A DNA stretch of 64,000 nucleotides from Tetramitus jugosus (GCA_937625935.1 OW569350.1:434001-498000); one strand, 5' to 3'. Numbered from the stretch's first letter, positions 1 to 13,700 are shown. A program made the numbers and translations. Notes: generated by a model from the letters alone, not told the origin.

Positions 1-586
1 TGAGTCTCTCCTGAACTTGCAATCGTCTACAGAACACTTCTGCAATTCGTGCGAGCTTACTCAGACCCAGAACTCTCCCATTTGGAATATAACCAATGTG
101 CACCTTGCCCACAAACGGTACCAAATGATGTTCACACAGAGAAAACAGCTCAATGTCCTTTACAATCACCATTTCTTGATGATCCTCGTTGAACACACCA
201 TCTCCCACCACTTCTTCCACACTTTCATAGTAACCCTTTGTGAAATACATGAGTGCTTTGGCTGCACGATCTGGTGTCTTCAACAGACCTTCTCTGTTTA
301 CATCTTCGCCGACGTGCTGTAAAATTTGGCGGTAACAATCGGAGATGTCTTGCTGGACCTGAGCTGGAGGTGATTCTAATCTGTCCTGATAAATCTTGCG
401 CGATACACTGAGTGAGCCATGTGTCTCTGGCAGATAGCCTTCACGTTTTTCGGGGTACGGTATTACTCCGACTCTGGATTGTTCCTCTACTGGATCCTGT
501 TCTTGTTCTTGTTGTTGTTGTTGGGATAGATTATTATTATTAGGCATTTCGTTGTTGTTATTGGATTCTTGTTGTTGTGTGCTCAT
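1..586 (-). CDS. GCH1: GTP cyclohydrolase I (3' end runs off the window)
   Basis: Not in the ORF track. Manual translation from ATG 586 gives ...[19 protein letters not shown]...[31 protein letters not shown]...[22 protein letters not shown], the FolE signature motifs. Confidence 0.97.
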   Translation of the reverse strand, partial: MSTQQQESNNNNEMPNNNNLSQQQQQEQEQDPVEEQSRVGVIPYPEKREGYLPETHGSLSVSRKIYQDRLESPPAQVQQDISDCYRQILQHVGEDVNREGLLKTPDRAAKALMYFTKGYYESVEEVVGDGVFNEDHQEMVIVKDIELFSLCEHHLVPFVGKVHIGYIPNGRVLGLSKLARIAEVFCRRLQVQERL

Positions 587-663
587 CTTGTTTTCATGCT
601 GCTGGATCCTGGACAAATTGATCCTTCGGGTTTTCTTTGTGTTCGGAGATGCGGGGATATTCA

Positions 664-713
664 TTTGGCGCCCAAAAAAACTGTTTGGGAGTGAAAAGAT
701 GAAGCCCGCCAAA
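664..713 (+). promoter_or_regulatory. E2F-like sites (TTTGGCGC at 664-671; CCGCCAAA at 706-713)
   Basis: Match to the TTTSSCGS consensus, 60-110 nt upstream of the CAF-1 p60-like start. Confidence 0.45.
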
Positions 714-775
714 AAAAGTCAAGGAAAACCCAAACTTTTGAAAATTGCTCATATCGACCCATTCAGGCTCTATTC

Positions 776-2501
776 ATGAAGTACACATTCTTTCACGACT
801 CTTATGTGAAAGGCAGTGGTTTTGAGCCATTACGACCTTCTCCATGTATGAGTGTCGACTATTTCCCAGTGACCAAGCCCACATCATTGAGTGAGAGCAG
901 CACGACGTACAGGGTTGCCACTGCAGTCATGTCTGAGAATGTGAAAATCTGGGATTTTTGCGAAGACGATGCGTCTAAAACAAGAGCTTCTGAGAATGGT
1001 GATGTTGCAATGGATGGCACCAAGGATTCTTCAGCCTCAACATCATCTGACGAACACTTGAGTCTAAAGTTTCAGTTAGTAGCCGAGTTGGTGCCCAGTT
1101 CCGAATGTAAAACGATTAATATTGTTCGTTGGTCGCCTGATGGATTGTTTCTGGCTACTGGCTGTTCGAGTGGCCATGTTTTGATATGGAAGAGACACAG
1201 ATTCTTGTTGCCAGAAGAGAAGGCAGGCAATATAGAGCAGGAAGGCAATGAGAATGAGACAATTGATCCATCATTGCGCCCATCTGAGCTCTGGCGAGTC
1301 CACAAAACATTTAAGAATCATGAAATTGATGTTTTGGATCTAGCATGGTCACCACCTATGCTGGACACTACAGGAACCGTGTATAGTCTATTAACTGTTG
1401 TTTCATTTGACAACAAGGTTTCAGTTGTGAATCCAGCGGCTGGTGAGACTGTTCAGGAGTTTAAGGGTGCACAAAGGTATCACAAGAGCCCAGTTCAAGG
1501 CTGTGCATGGGATCCTTGGGGTAGTTTCTTTGCGACACAGTCATGCGATCGGACAGCTCGTCTTTTTAATTGCAACCAGAGATCGTACGCATTGCAACAA
1601 CCCACTTCAAACTCTCGCCTCATTGATGACAATGTGTTCACCATTGGCCCAATTATGAAAAAGTGTGAATTTAGTGAGGTTCAATTCCTTCCAAAGGAGA
1701 AATGCACAGACGACAACCTGAAACGTAATTTCCTGCTATTCAAGGAAGAGAACTCAAAGATTCATAACCGAAGATTGGATGTCGCTCCTGATGGCTCTAT
1801 CCTAGTTGTCCCGGCAGGTCAATTTCCGAATGTGGAAGTATTCCAAGAATCTGGAGGAAAGAAGGTTGAATATCAAGACGTAATCTTTACATTTATTCGA
1901 AACAACTGGAAGAGTCCTCGAACTGTTCACCCTGGACATAATTACCCTGTTACTGGTGTCAGGTTCTCGCCTGTACTATACAAGAAGGGTATGTGAATGA
2001 TGGAATGTCTCTTTGTCAAACGATAACACCACGCTCTAACAATTCCTATTTTTTCTACTATCTCTCATAGACAATGTAAAGCAAGGTACGAACCCATATT
2101 GGATGATGTTTGCGGCAGTAAGCAAAGATCGTTTGCTTGTGTATAGTACTGAACACGATAGACCGCTTTATGTAGCTCATCTGATGCATCAAGAAATGTT
2201 AACAGATGTTAGTTGGAGTCCTTGTGGTCAACTCTTGTTCGTATCATCCTGGGATGGCTATTTTTCCGTCTACAAGTTTGAATCCACAGATGCACCAGAA
2301 GGTTATTCTCTGGAACAGTTTGATATTTCGAGTATTCCTGATTGTGACAGCGAGAGTATCCATAGTCACAAAATACTTGCTGGTGTCAAGCGAGCGTTCA
2401 ACATGAAGGCACAAAATCTATCACTTCTGTTCGCTTCCCTAAAGGCAGAACCACAGGAACAATCCTCTGTGAAAGTATTGCAAGTGAAACGCAAGAACTA
2501 A
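776..2501 (+). CDS. CHAF1B: WD40 protein, chromatin assembly factor 1 subunit B (p60/Cac2)/HIRA-like; intron 1989-2070
   Basis: INIVRWSPDG..LATG, DVLDLAWSP, VQGCAWDP, RRLDVAPDGSILVVPAG, VRFSPVLY, LTDVSWS..SSWDGY. A GTATGT...TAG intron joins the two ORFs in frame. Confidence 0.85.
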
Positions 2502-2528
2502 ATAAATATTTTGATAAAATGCAAGAAT

Positions 2529-3577
2529 TTAGACTTTCTCCTGCACTTTTAATTGGAGATCTGGTGCTTGGTTTGCCTTTGGCTGCTTCGCTTCCTCTCC
2601 CTTCAATTGAACATAAGTATACAGCAGAACACCAACCATAGTTAGTGTTATTCCCATGACATTCTTAAAATCTGCGTTGGTGTCAAAGAACATTACTCCA
2701 CCTACAAATACAATACACGTTTTGAAATATCCCAAAACATTGACACTACATTGATCATAATAGAGAAGAATTCGTACATCATTATTATGGTCAGTTCCAA
2801 TCAAAAAACACATACGATAAACATAATTGCAAAAGATGAATCTTACCTCAATGGCGATGTTTTTCCAACAATTAAAAAGAAGGAAAAGTTGACCAGAAAC
2901 GCTGTCACACACGTTGCCAATATCATCAACACGCTCTCCAATGTAAAATCATACTTTAGCAATTCGCTCACATCATCACAAATCGGTATACAGAATGCCA
3001 AAATCACAGCACTCATAATACTCTGATACAACAAGATCTGCATCGCATTCACATTCAATTCATTCTGTTTTCTCTTTCCATAAATAGTGTACATGGCATT
3101 GGAACCGACGGCAATCACAGCAAACATTGTTCCCACAAAATTCATGTCCACATCAGTGAACACTGTCATAAATATGCCGAAACATACGGGAACCAGTGTT
3201 AATTTCACTTGAAAACTGGTTGGCTTATTGTACATCAATGTTTCAATGGCAATAATTGTCGGTGTGCACAAAATCTTCATCACCTGATAAAACGAAACAG
3301 AATTGTAGAGCAGTGAAATGTTGTTGAACACGACATAACCGCAAAAAGCTAAGCTAATGGGCAACACTCTCTTTAGCTCTAATCGTTTCACAGTAAACAT
3401 TTTAAAGTAGGCACATAGTAGAACCAAGAGGAAGGTCACCAGAAAATGGCACACTGTGAGCAACGTTGCAAACTTGAAATGATACTTTTGGAACAGTAGC
3501 TTATTCAAAAAAATGGTGCCGCAACTGGCCGCTACGTTGAGAGACAGAGAAAGGAGAGTGTCAATCAATGCTTTCAT
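2529..3577 (-). CDS. Nucleotide-sugar/triose-phosphate transporter family (SLC35E3-like); intron 2746-2846
   Basis: About 10 TM helices; NISLLYNSVSFYQVMKI; spliced IVGKTSPLSVNVLGYFKTC. Confidence 0.9.
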
Positions 3578-3788
3578 TTGCTCTTGTTGTTGGATTTCAA
3601 TTCACGTGTTTTTGATTGATGATCACATCGCACAGTTTCTCCTTTCGTCTGGAATTCAGGCTTATTTTCCCCGGTGAATTCAATCAGCTCATTGAATAGA
3701 GAGTCAACCCAATAAAACCGGTTTTGTAATTGCTCCGCCTAACGCAAACAAAATTGGTTCTTCATCAAACAACAACATTTTTACTTCA

Positions 3789-5110
3789 ATGATGAGATCA
3801 TCAACAATCAAGAACATTGTCATAAATGCTGCCACCAAGCAAAACACATTCTCCCAAGTCAACAGCAATGCTAAGCTTTTGAGCTCCATTGCCGCTGCAC
3901 AAAAGAGAAACGCTCATCACAATGCCAGCAGTGTCAACTCATTGGAAAATTATCAAAACAAGCACACAACATTCCAGGTTGCCACCGTTTTTGGTTGCAC
4001 TGGTTTCTTGGGCAGATACATTGTTTCACAATTGGCAGAAGCTGGATATCAGATTATTACGCCATGGAGAGACGATCAATTCGTATGTGTCTCTTTTGTG
4101 AATTTTTGTTCACTTGTGTTTCACATGAAAAATGCTCATTTTCTTCTTTGTCAACTCAAAAAAAATGCTTTTCGAAAATGCGCAACACACGAATCCATCC
4201 ACACCACCAACAACAACAACAACAATAATAATACGAAAAAAACTTGAAATGATGATAGGCCATTATGCCACTGAGAGTCATGGGTGATGTTGGTCAAATC
4301 ATTGAAATGAGATACTCTGCTGAAAAGTATGACACGCTGTTGAATATTTGTGCGAGAAGTAATATTGTGATTAATTGTGTGGGACGTGATTACGACAAGT
4401 TGTTTGACACCAAAATGATTGACTCCAACGTGACTGTTCCACCATTGATTGCACGTGCTGCACGTGAAACCAATGTTGACAAGTTTTTCCACTTTTCATG
4501 CTTGAATGCTGATGAGAATCACCCTAGCAAATACATGCGTCAAAAGGCTATTGGTGAAAATATGGTACGAAACGAGTTCCCTGAGGCAACTATTGTGAGA
4601 CCAGCCAATGTGTACGGAACTGAAGATCGTTTTATGAATTGGATAGCAAAGTGCCTTCGTTTGTTGCCTGGTGTTCCTCTCTCTGATGGTGGTTCCGCAA
4701 AGATTCAACCTATTTTCTGTGGAGATGTTGCTAATGCTCTCGTTGCTGCATTGGGTCAAGATGTTGCCGGTAAGGTGATTGAGATGGCTGGTCCAGAGAT
4801 TTTCACATGGGCCACATTTACCGACAGCATTGGTGAGAAGATTTCCGAGGATGTGCGCATTATGCGAACCAACCAACTCACTTCCTTCTTTATGGGAATG
4901 GCCAACGAATACACATGGCAACCAGGTTACACTCGTGATGTTGCTGTCAGACAAAGATATGACAATGTTGCCAATGTCGACAATGCTCAAGTGTTGCAAT
5001 TGAAGGACTTGGGCTTCCAGACAACTCTCTTCAACGATAACTCGAAGGAATTGTTGGCCAGATGGAACAGAAATGCCGACTATTTCCTCAACCTCAACTA
5101 TAGGGAGTAA
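3789..5110 (+). CDS. NDUFA9: Complex I 39 kDa subunit NDUFA9; intron 4083-4258
   Basis: Mitochondrial presequence; ATVFGCTGFLGRYIV; LRVMGDVGQI; EFPEATIVRPANVYGTEDRF; IQPIFCGDVA. Confidence 0.95.
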
Positions 5111-5427
5111 AACAGACCTCATTTTGTAAATCACAATCGAAACATGGTCGGGAACACAAATATCTATTGTCTAATGGAAGAGAGAAGGACGATGCAATCT
5201 CTGAAACACACCTGATTACTATATCATTCATTATAAAACAAACTAAACTTTTTTATTCGTGACATGCATGTCTCATTTGTCCGGCAACTGATCCCTTCAC
5301 AACCCTGGAAATAGTTTGACGTGTGCAGTTTACAAAAACGGTCTGTGCGTGTCAAAGAAAATTTTTAAAAATACAATGGGTGCTCTCACTGCTTCTCAAT
5401 CGATTTGTGAAAAACAAACGAAAAACA

Positions 5428-6132
5428 ATGGGCTATATAACTTCCAATATCCAATACTCACTAAAACCTTATGCCAAGTGGTCTTACATCATATCTGCAC
5501 TGTTGGCAACTTCGGTTGTCTTCCTGTCCATGACAGCTTTCAAGAACTCAGACTATGGTCTGAAGAAATGGGGATTGTTGAATTCCTATTGGAATCCATT
5601 ACCTTTTGGAGAGATTTACCAATTTGAGGACCCATCTTTTGATTCATCCACGTGGAAGCAGTGGACCTCTCGAATTCCTCTAGGTGTATTCTCATACCTC
5701 AATCTTATTGGGTTCGGCAGCCTTCAGAAACATCGGTTTTTGAGCTGGTTTGATTCTCTCGTTCACATACCACTGTACTCTACTTGGATGTGTCTGTTCG
5801 CCATCAGATTGCTCAGTGTGAATGAGAGGTTCGCAGTCCGAAATCGAGACTTCTTTGCGAGGCATTACCTGTGCAGAGCTGCAATCGGATTGGTCGTTGC
5901 CAAGGCTACGTTACACCTCTTGGAGAACTGCAACATTATTTATGTAATCACAGCATTCCCTCATCATCACTATGAGAATCTAGTGGTGCTGCCGATCCTT
6001 ACCAGTCTCAAGTGGCTTGCATTCGCATTGTATTTTGGTGTCTTGGGAGCAGGAGTTCTCAAATACAACAACATCAGCTACAAGATTCCTCAGCTCGAAC
6101 AATTCAAGGAGATGCTTTCTTCAGGAGGTTAA
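5428..6132 (+). CDS. Hypothetical multi-pass membrane protein
   Basis: ORF with several hydrophobic segments; ATG 5428 follows an A-rich leader like other starts in the window. Confidence 0.7.
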   Translation: MGYITSNIQYSLKPYAKWSYIISALLATSVVFLSMTAFKNSDYGLKKWGLLNSYWNPLPFGEIYQFEDPSFDSSTWKQWTSRIPLGVFSYLNLIGFGSLQKHRFLSWFDSLVHIPLYSTWMCLFAIRLLSVNERFAVRNRDFFARHYLCRAAIGLVVAKATLHLLENCNIIYVITAFPHHHYENLVVLPILTSLKWLAFALYFGVLGAGVLKYNNISYKIPQLEQFKEMLSSGG

Positions 6133-6192
6133 GTAAATTTGAAATTGATTTTACAGTGAATATTTGTATTGAGGTGGTCAAGTGCAATAACC

Positions 6193-7738
6193 TTACAACA
6201 TGAGAGTCTTGCCCTTCTTGTTACCTGGCTTGACAACAAAATCTCTCTGTTTAAGCATATTCATTCTCAGAATATTTGCTTCGGTCTCTCTTTCAAAACT
6301 ATCACCAAACTCCATCACCTTTTGATAAGTGTTGTTTCTTTCGTCGGTCACTCTGGCATACAGAATCTTGTTGTGACTGTCGATACGGGCCTTGATGTGT
6401 TTGTCCATAATCAATTGAGCCACTTCCTTCTCAATGTTTTCAACAGTAGTGCTGAACACATTGGCCATCTTCTTCAGATCAACGGATGAGAATGGGCTGA
6501 CATATTGAGTCAGTGCCTTGCTTCTAATCTTGTCGTACAATGATTGAACATGCTCTCTCATGTAGATATCAAGTGTCAACTGTGGCAACAATTGATCAAG
6601 GGCGTTCAATGCCGATGTGTACTTTGAATCATAGAAATCGTTCAACAATTGCTTCACAACAGGGTTCAATTCCAAAAAGTTCTTGAACGGTGCGCTCTCC
6701 AAAACCTTGTCCTTGAGCTCACGACGTTCAAAAGTAGCCAGAGCAGTGATACCAGTGTACATGGTGATGTCATTGCATGAGATGACATCATTGAACTGTG
6801 TGTCCAGGGATATATCACAAGAGAGCAGCTTCTTGGCAACGAGCTTGTACTTCTTGGAATCCAAGTGAGCCAATGCAGAGGCAACAGAGAGCTTGGAGAT
6901 TGAAATTTCATCTTCTTGGTTGCTCACATCTGGTGTTTGCTCCGCCTTGGACACATACTGTTGCACAAGTGCAAAGTTATTCATCTCAATGCTCACTCGG
7001 ATGACATTGAGGCACATGTTGATAACATGCTTGGATGATGTGCAATAATCTCTGGCTCTCAAGTAGCTCTTGAGTGCATTTTGGAGATCACCTCTTGCAA
7101 AGTAGAAATCACCGACATCATTGTTTCCAGTCTACATGATCGTATATACATCAACAATCAACAACAATCAAGAAGCAATAGACGAACAACATAAAACAAT
7201 ATTCAAAAAATGAAAGTGGAATGAGTAAATATTCTCTTCAGGAATGTCACACAAAAAAAATTCTTTCAATCAAAAACACTTTGAGATAACACATACACGT
7301 GTGGCTTCCTTCATGAGATTGGTCCTTGAAGCATTCAATTGAATCTCCAGTTTCTCCAATGTTTTCTGAGCTTCATTGTCTACACTGCTGACCCATGCTG
7401 CATCATACACATGTCCAATTCTAATTGTTGTTGTTGTTTTGGTTCAATGTTAGTTTCCAAGTTGAAAAAGCTTAAAAAAAATAATGATGGTGATGATATC
7501 AAACAACAATGAGAACTCAGAAAAAAACATACTCCTTGCCAAACTTTTCAGCGACTTCTTTGTACATGTTGGTGTTGATGCCCTTCTTGAGCTCTTCAAT
7601 AGCCAATCGAACAGCTTCAGCTCTCAATTGAACAGAACAGTTTTCAGCAATGAAAACAAGTCTCCTGACTTTGGTGAAACCAGAGTATTGTGAAATGTAG
7701 GAGGATAGATCGGTTTCGATTTGTGATACTTGAGACAT
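6193..7738 (-). CDS. CSN1: COP9 signalosome subunit 1; introns about 7421-7532 and 7132-7297
   Basis: YISQYSGFTKVRRLVFIA; GDLQNALKSYLRARDYCT; LATFERRELK; PCI domain LTQYVSPFSSVDL..IKARIDSHNKILYA. Confidence 0.95.
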
Positions 7739-8106
7739 GATGGTGATTTTGACCTCAAAAGCTTTTTTACTTAGTTTTTTGTGGTTGTTTGTGCTTTTGT
7801 GATTTTTTGCTTTTTTTTTGGTTCGAAAGATGAAGATCAGAACTTGGTGATGAGTTCCTCTGGATGTTCGGAGCGGAGAAACATGTGCGATTGTATTGCG
7901 AATTTTATTACCACAGGAAAGGACTTGATGAGGGTGGTGTAGAGGTCCTTGGTCTCATCAGGTGGTTCTCCTTGTATAGTACTCACAGTCTGTTGTGGTG
8001 ATTGCAACCATGTAAATGGAGCGAAGGTGGCTCCGAGGGGGCTTCCATAGTTCGACATGCTCACGTACATTCTTTGCATCGCCTCAATTTTGTCACTATT
8101 GGAACT

Positions 8107-9798
8107 TTATTCGATGATACTTTCATCGAATTCAATACCCGAATCCTTGGCCAAAGTCAACAGATAACGGCCATACTTTTCATCAGCTGGCTGAACACCT
8201 TCTCCCTTAATTGTCATTCTGGCCAGTGGTACGAGTGCTTCCTTGACGCCACAACTGACAGCTTGAGTATACTTTTTGTGAGCAATCTTGTAGTCTTGTG
8301 GTGCACCAATGCCATGATAATACATTGATCCCAGACAAAATAGAGCATATCCATTGCCTAAACTACCTGCTTCTTCGTATAGTGACAAAGCTCTCTTTGC
8401 GTCTCTTCTCTCTCCGTGTGTTCCCTTCAGACAACGATCTGCCAAGTCGAACTTGGCATCGGCCGAGTTGGCTCTGAGAGCTGCTTGGAACATTTGGTTA
8501 GCTAGTGGTTCATTCTTTGGAACATCTTCACCTTGGCTGTACAGCAGATACATGTAATAATATGCTTGAGGATGTCCTAGTTCACAAGATTGTTCAACCA
8601 ATTTGATTCCTTTTTGAAGATCCTTCTCCATGTGTTGTCCGTGAATATAGGAATAGCCAAGCCAATAAATGGCAACAGCATCACCCAGCTCTGCAGACTT
8701 CTTAAAGCATTCAACTGCCTTGTCGATATCTTGCTCCACCTCAAACATTTCATAGTACTTGCTCTTCTCTTCTGGAGAGAGGCATCCATCAGGTAGTTTC
8801 TCCTTTTGAATACTTGTCTTAATGCCAGAATAGTAAACAGTTCCCAGATTATAGTATGCACCAGCTTCATTATTCTGTGCAGCCTTCTCCATCAATTCGA
8901 ACGCCTTCTTGAAATTGGATTCCAAATCCTTACCTTCCATGTAATATCGAGCCATCAGCATCTGGGCCTTGGAATGTCCACCCTCAGCAGCCTTCTCCAA
9001 GTAATAAATACCGAGTTTTGTGTTTTCCTTGAGCTTTGTCATTGCAATACGCTTTGAAAGACCAGGATACTTTGAATAATCAATCTTTTCCCTCTTTTGC
9101 TCCGCAGCAGCCAATCTTCTCTTTGATTTCTCATCGAGGTACACATAGTTGTCATCACCCGTCTTGACCATGGTTGGATCCTTGATCAAATCAGCAAAAA
9201 TATCATACGTGTCCTTCATGGCCTCATCCACACTATTGGTCAACAACAATTGATAGGCACTGAAATAGAAACGAGCCACATAGAATTGACACTCGACATC
9301 TCCCTTCTCTGCAGCTTCCAGATAATAGAGGAACGCTGCGACAACATCTACATTGACTCCCAAACTTCCCGTCGCATACATGCTACCAAGCATTTTGAGC
9401 ACTTCAACAACGTTACGATGACCAGCAAACTCTTCAAGAACATTCAAATACGTGGGATACAATTGTCTGGTGACGTTCATGTCATACATGGTGAAACAGT
9501 CGTTCATGAATTGAATGAGTTGATCATCTGATGCAGCTCTGATGGCTTCCTTGGTCTTTAATGGCTCAATCAGTTGATTGATTGTTTTTTTGAGTGGTGC
9601 TTGTGTGGTTGTTGTTGTTGATGTGGTTGTTGTGGCATAGAAACGATAATTGCATAAAGTTGATTGTTGTTGGTGAACAACATGTTGGAGTGATGGTGAG
9701 AAGGGTGTTGTTGGACGTAGGAGTGTCGTAGGGCAACACATCCTTACTTTTGGAATGCTTCGACGTGCAGCAGCAAGTGAGAATCGTGAGGCAAGCAT
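8107..9798 (-). CDS. Sel1-repeat protein with mitochondrial presequence
   Basis: Multiple SEL1 repeats (AYYNLGTVYYSG, AIYWLGYSYIHG, ALFCLGSMYYHGIGAPQDYKIA); R/S-rich N-terminus MLASRFSLAAARR. Confidence 0.88.
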   Translation of the reverse strand: MLASRFSLAAARRSIPKVRMCCPTTLLRPTTPFSPSLQHVVHQQQSTLCNYRFYATTTTSTTTTTQAPLKKTINQLIEPLKTKEAIRAASDDQLIQFMNDCFTMYDMNVTRQLYPTYLNVLEEFAGHRNVVEVLKMLGSMYATGSLGVNVDVVAAFLYYLEAAEKGDVECQFYVARFYFSAYQLLLTNSVDEAMKDTYDIFADLIKDPTMVKTGDDNYVYLDEKSKRRLAAAEQKREKIDYSKYPGLSKRIAMTKLKENTKLGIYYLEKAAEGGHSKAQMLMARYYMEGKDLESNFKKAFELMEKAAQNNEAGAYYNLGTVYYSGIKTSIQKEKLPDGCLSPEEKSKYYEMFEVEQDIDKAVECFKKSAELGDAVAIYWLGYSYIHGQHMEKDLQKGIKLVEQSCELGHPQAYYYMYLLYSQGEDVPKNEPLANQMFQAALRANSADAKFDLADRCLKGTHGERRDAKRALSLYEEAGSLGNGYALFCLGSMYYHGIGAPQDYKIAHKKYTQAVSCGVKEALVPLARMTIKGEGVQPADEKYGRYLLTLAKDSGIEFDESIIE

Positions 9799-9887
9799 TT
9801 TTCTTTTTTGATGTTGGTTGTTGTGTGGAGAGCGGTGTTTTTGGTCGGAAGAACCATCATGTATTGGATACAACTGAATGGAGCATG

Positions 9888-10609
9888 CTAAGCCAAGTAT
9901 TTGACTGGGGAAGTCTTGATAGTGGGGGATATAGAATTCAAATTCGCTCCTGGGATAATTTTTCTGGTGCTTGTCGAGTAGGATTGTCGAACATAGGCGC
10001 CATTAATCTTCCTCCTAACATCATGATCTCTCCATATCAATGCACCAGTTGTTGTTGATTTCTCACCAATAGTAGAAGGAAGCACAAGAGAAGACCTTGT
10101 AACAGGAAAAGATAATTTCGATGAGGTATTGTTCTTTGCTTGAGAATTCCAACTAGCTTTGAAGCTTGATGCACCTAATGTCTGATGTTCTTGTGGTACA
10201 TGACCACAATAGCCCTAAACATAAGATTTGTCAATGAAATGAGACCAGAATGAATTGATTCCATTAATACTGTGTTACTTACCGGAATATTGCTGTTAAA
10301 TTCCAATTGCCCAAACTGGTCTTCCATACTCTTAGTTGATTGACTCCAGATGTTCGAAGTTAAACCAGAATCGATATATTTCGAAGAAGTTATCCTCATC
10401 GCTCTTCTCTGACTATCAGTCAACAAAAGACTCTTATTTGGAATTGCAGATCTTCCCTCTCGTTGAGCTACACTCCCCCAGAATTCATTTACCCGGTTGA
10501 TTTTATCTGATTCGGCCTTCACTCTCTGGTTCTTGTTTTGAATGGAGTAAATGTAGGTATCTCTTCCAGATCCATCTAAGGACTGATACTTGGCCAAATT
10601 AACAAACAT
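9888..10609 (-). CDS. Putative axonemal microtubule inner protein (FAM166/PYG-motif-like); intron 10215-10282
   Basis: A GTAAGT...TTTAG intron joins ORFs 10175-10687 and 9888-10085 and creates IPGYCGHVP; N-terminal YQSLDGSGRDTYI. Confidence 0.6.
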
Positions 10610-10768
10610 TACTTTTATTTCTTCACTTTGCCAGTGGAGACCAAGGTTGGTTTTATTGTGGATAAATTGTCCCAAGAGCTCAATCATTCCTAGTAGACGG
10701 GGATTATATTCTGCGCCAAACTACGGCAAGAGCTCATTTTCGTTCAAAATCCACCTCATAACCCTATC

Positions 10769-13700
10769 ATGCAGCGAATGAACAGAAATGAGCAGGCCAT
10801 GGTTGTGGAATTGAACGATCAACATGATCGTCCGAGTACAAGGATGAAAATGATTGATTCAATGGCCTCTCATAGTGCTAAAAACACCCCTAGAAACAAT
10901 AGAACCCTATCCGAGAAGAACAATCAAGGGATAAATTCGAAACTCGATGAAGAAACACCAAGGATTTTCACAAATGACCTGATGAAGTAAGAATGAATAT
11001 TCATTATCTAGAATTAACAAAGATAACACTCAATATTTTTCAACTATGCCTAGGAACGATGTTGTGCTGGAGGATGAAGTACTCAAGAAATTGAACATGG
11101 AGGATATAAGGCGAATTTTCGACGAAGGTGAGGACAGTTATTATCTTATCTTGATCTTAGGAGCTACTCATTTCAATGACTAACATGTTTTGTAGCTGAT
11201 ACTGATGGAGGAGGAGACCTGTCAGAATCAGAATTTGTTTCTCTGTTCGGCCACTTGCTTCATGAAACGAACGAAAGAACTATTCGAGCAATGTTCCGTA
11301 AGATAGATAGTAATGCCAATGGAGCAGTTACTTTTGATGAATTTAGTTCTTACATATTGTTCCAAGAGAATGCACACAGGGCTGGAGAAGGAGCTGATGG
11401 CCGAGTGTATGCAACTCATCCACTCAAAGACCGGAACAAAATGAAAAATTTGCACAATGACCATATCAACTGTATCGTATCTGATCCGGAGAGGAATATT
11501 TATTATACGAGTAGTAAGGATAATAGTGTTCGAGCTTGGAATTCTGTTGATTTGAGTCATGTAAGCACATTTCACTTTTCACCTCCGAGATCCTATATCC
11601 ATGATCTATCGTTCGATCGAGTAGAGCGTGAGTTGTACGTGGCCGGATTGGAAAGAACCCTGTATGTCTATAATGAAAGATATCACTTGGTCCGAGTATT
11701 TCAAGGAAAAGCAATACAAAAGGACGAATTCAAACCTGAGAAATTTGTATACACGATACCTTCACATATGAGGGCTGATTACTTTAAGATAGAAAGGAGT
11801 GAGTACATCAAATAATTATCACCCCACATCAGATTTATATTATTAACACATATTGTATTCCAGCCGAGAATGAGAAACAGGATGAAGTGAGAAGTTTCAT
11901 ATCTAAAGTGAAGTTTGATAGATTGAACTCAGAGAACTACCTGACAAAAACAGATATTGTGTTGAATCCTATAATACTAACGGACTTCCTGGATTCACCA
12001 ACATCTCTAGGCCATCTTCATATGAATTTCAAAAATTTCATGTGTGTAGGTCATGATGGAGGATATGTTCGAATGTACGATATCTCTGATGCTACTACCA
12101 CAAACATTATAAATGTACATCAATCTTGGAAGCCACACTCTGACTGGGTCACTAAAGTGTTGCCGAGCGAGATTCTAGGATGTATCATAAGCAGTAGTCT
12201 TGATGGAACAATTGGAGTTTCAACAATAGGGTCCTCCTCTGTCAAATTGTTGCGTGGACACAAGAAACCCATTTACAGTATTGATTTATCAGAAAAACAC
12301 AAGTTGATCGCTTCTGGTGGTAGAGAGAAGGATATTTTCATATGGAACCCCTTTTTGGATAAGCGATTAGTCACTCTACGAGGACACAACTCACCAATTC
12401 TTCGAGTCGCGTTTAACGAGAACTTTAATCAGCTAGTCAGTATAGGTATCGACAAAACGATCAAGATATGGGATATCAGAACGTACAAGGCGATCCAAAC
12501 TCTCGAGGATGACACTCTGCTTCCTTATGAGAAGAAGACAATAAGTACCCAGAAGCAACAGAGGAGAAAAGAAAACTACTCTGCTGCATTTTATGATCCC
12601 CGCAATAGAACGATCGTGACCGCTTCAAGAGTGCTGAACTTATGGCCTCTAGCTTCTAAGAATAAAACATTCAAGGATGAGTATAATGGACATCGAACCC
12701 CAGTTATCAAAGTTCTCTGCAACCATTGGCTAGGTCATGTCGTGACTATCGACGAGAATATATTTGCTACTTGGGAGTTAGAAACTGGAAGGTTAATAAT
12801 TAAGTTCTCTATCCCAAGTGTGGTTATAGATGCTACGTTTGATGGAGCCCAACGAAGAGTAATAACAGTTTGCGGAGATGGACATATTTATTTGTACAAC
12901 TACCTTAATGGAACAATGGTGAAAGAGTGCAAAACTCCCGAATCAGAAGAAATGAACACTACAACTTACATTTTTCGAGAGGATCAGGACTTGTTAATGA
13001 TAGCTGCAGGTGGTAGTAATCGGCGAGTGTTACTATGGGATGACTTAGAAGATGATCATAATGTCTCCTGCGTGAGGACAATGTCTCGACTCCCAAGTGA
13101 TGTGAGCAAACTCTGTTTTATGGATCCCAATACTCTGTTTGCTGGGCTCGATGATGGTAGCATCTTTGCACTCGAGTTTATCACTGGTGATATTAGGATG
13201 AAGGTTCGACCCAAGAGAGGTTTGAAATATTCAGAGTATGACGAAATTCTTACCTCTAATGCTCGAGACCCTCGAAATAGTCGTCAATCACTCCGTAAGG
13301 ATTTCACGACAGGATTACAAATAGAAGATATGATTCTAGTTTATGAGTTTATTCTAATTACAGCAAGAGGAAATGGGCTGATCACATTTTGGGATGCTAG
13401 GGAGCTCAGAGAACTTTACACATTCCAAGGAACTATCGATGGAGATCCTGTATTATGCCTCTCCTTAATTTCTGATTCATTTCTCGTGACCGGTGACAAA
13501 AATGGATATTTAACGATTTATGATATCTCAAAAGTGAAAACAAGTGTGAACCACATTAGTAAGCATTCTATAACCATCCTCAGAAGGTTAAGGGCTCATA
13601 CAAAATTAGTATCGGGATTATCGTCTCTTTCTTCTCAAGATTCCTTTGTAATTCTTAGTTGCTCTGCTGATTGTACGGTCATGGCTCATGATTTAGAAGG

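Noticed and set aside
17-779. Plus-strand ORFs 17-322 and 552-779
   Set aside because: They lie antisense to GCH1 or across the promoter, with no coding signal.
4496-5134. 212-aa minus-strand ORF; likewise 53197-53781 and 63441-63980
   Set aside because: Antisense shadows of strongly codon-biased real genes (NDUFA9, the 52987 gene, the PLP enzyme); no motifs of their own.
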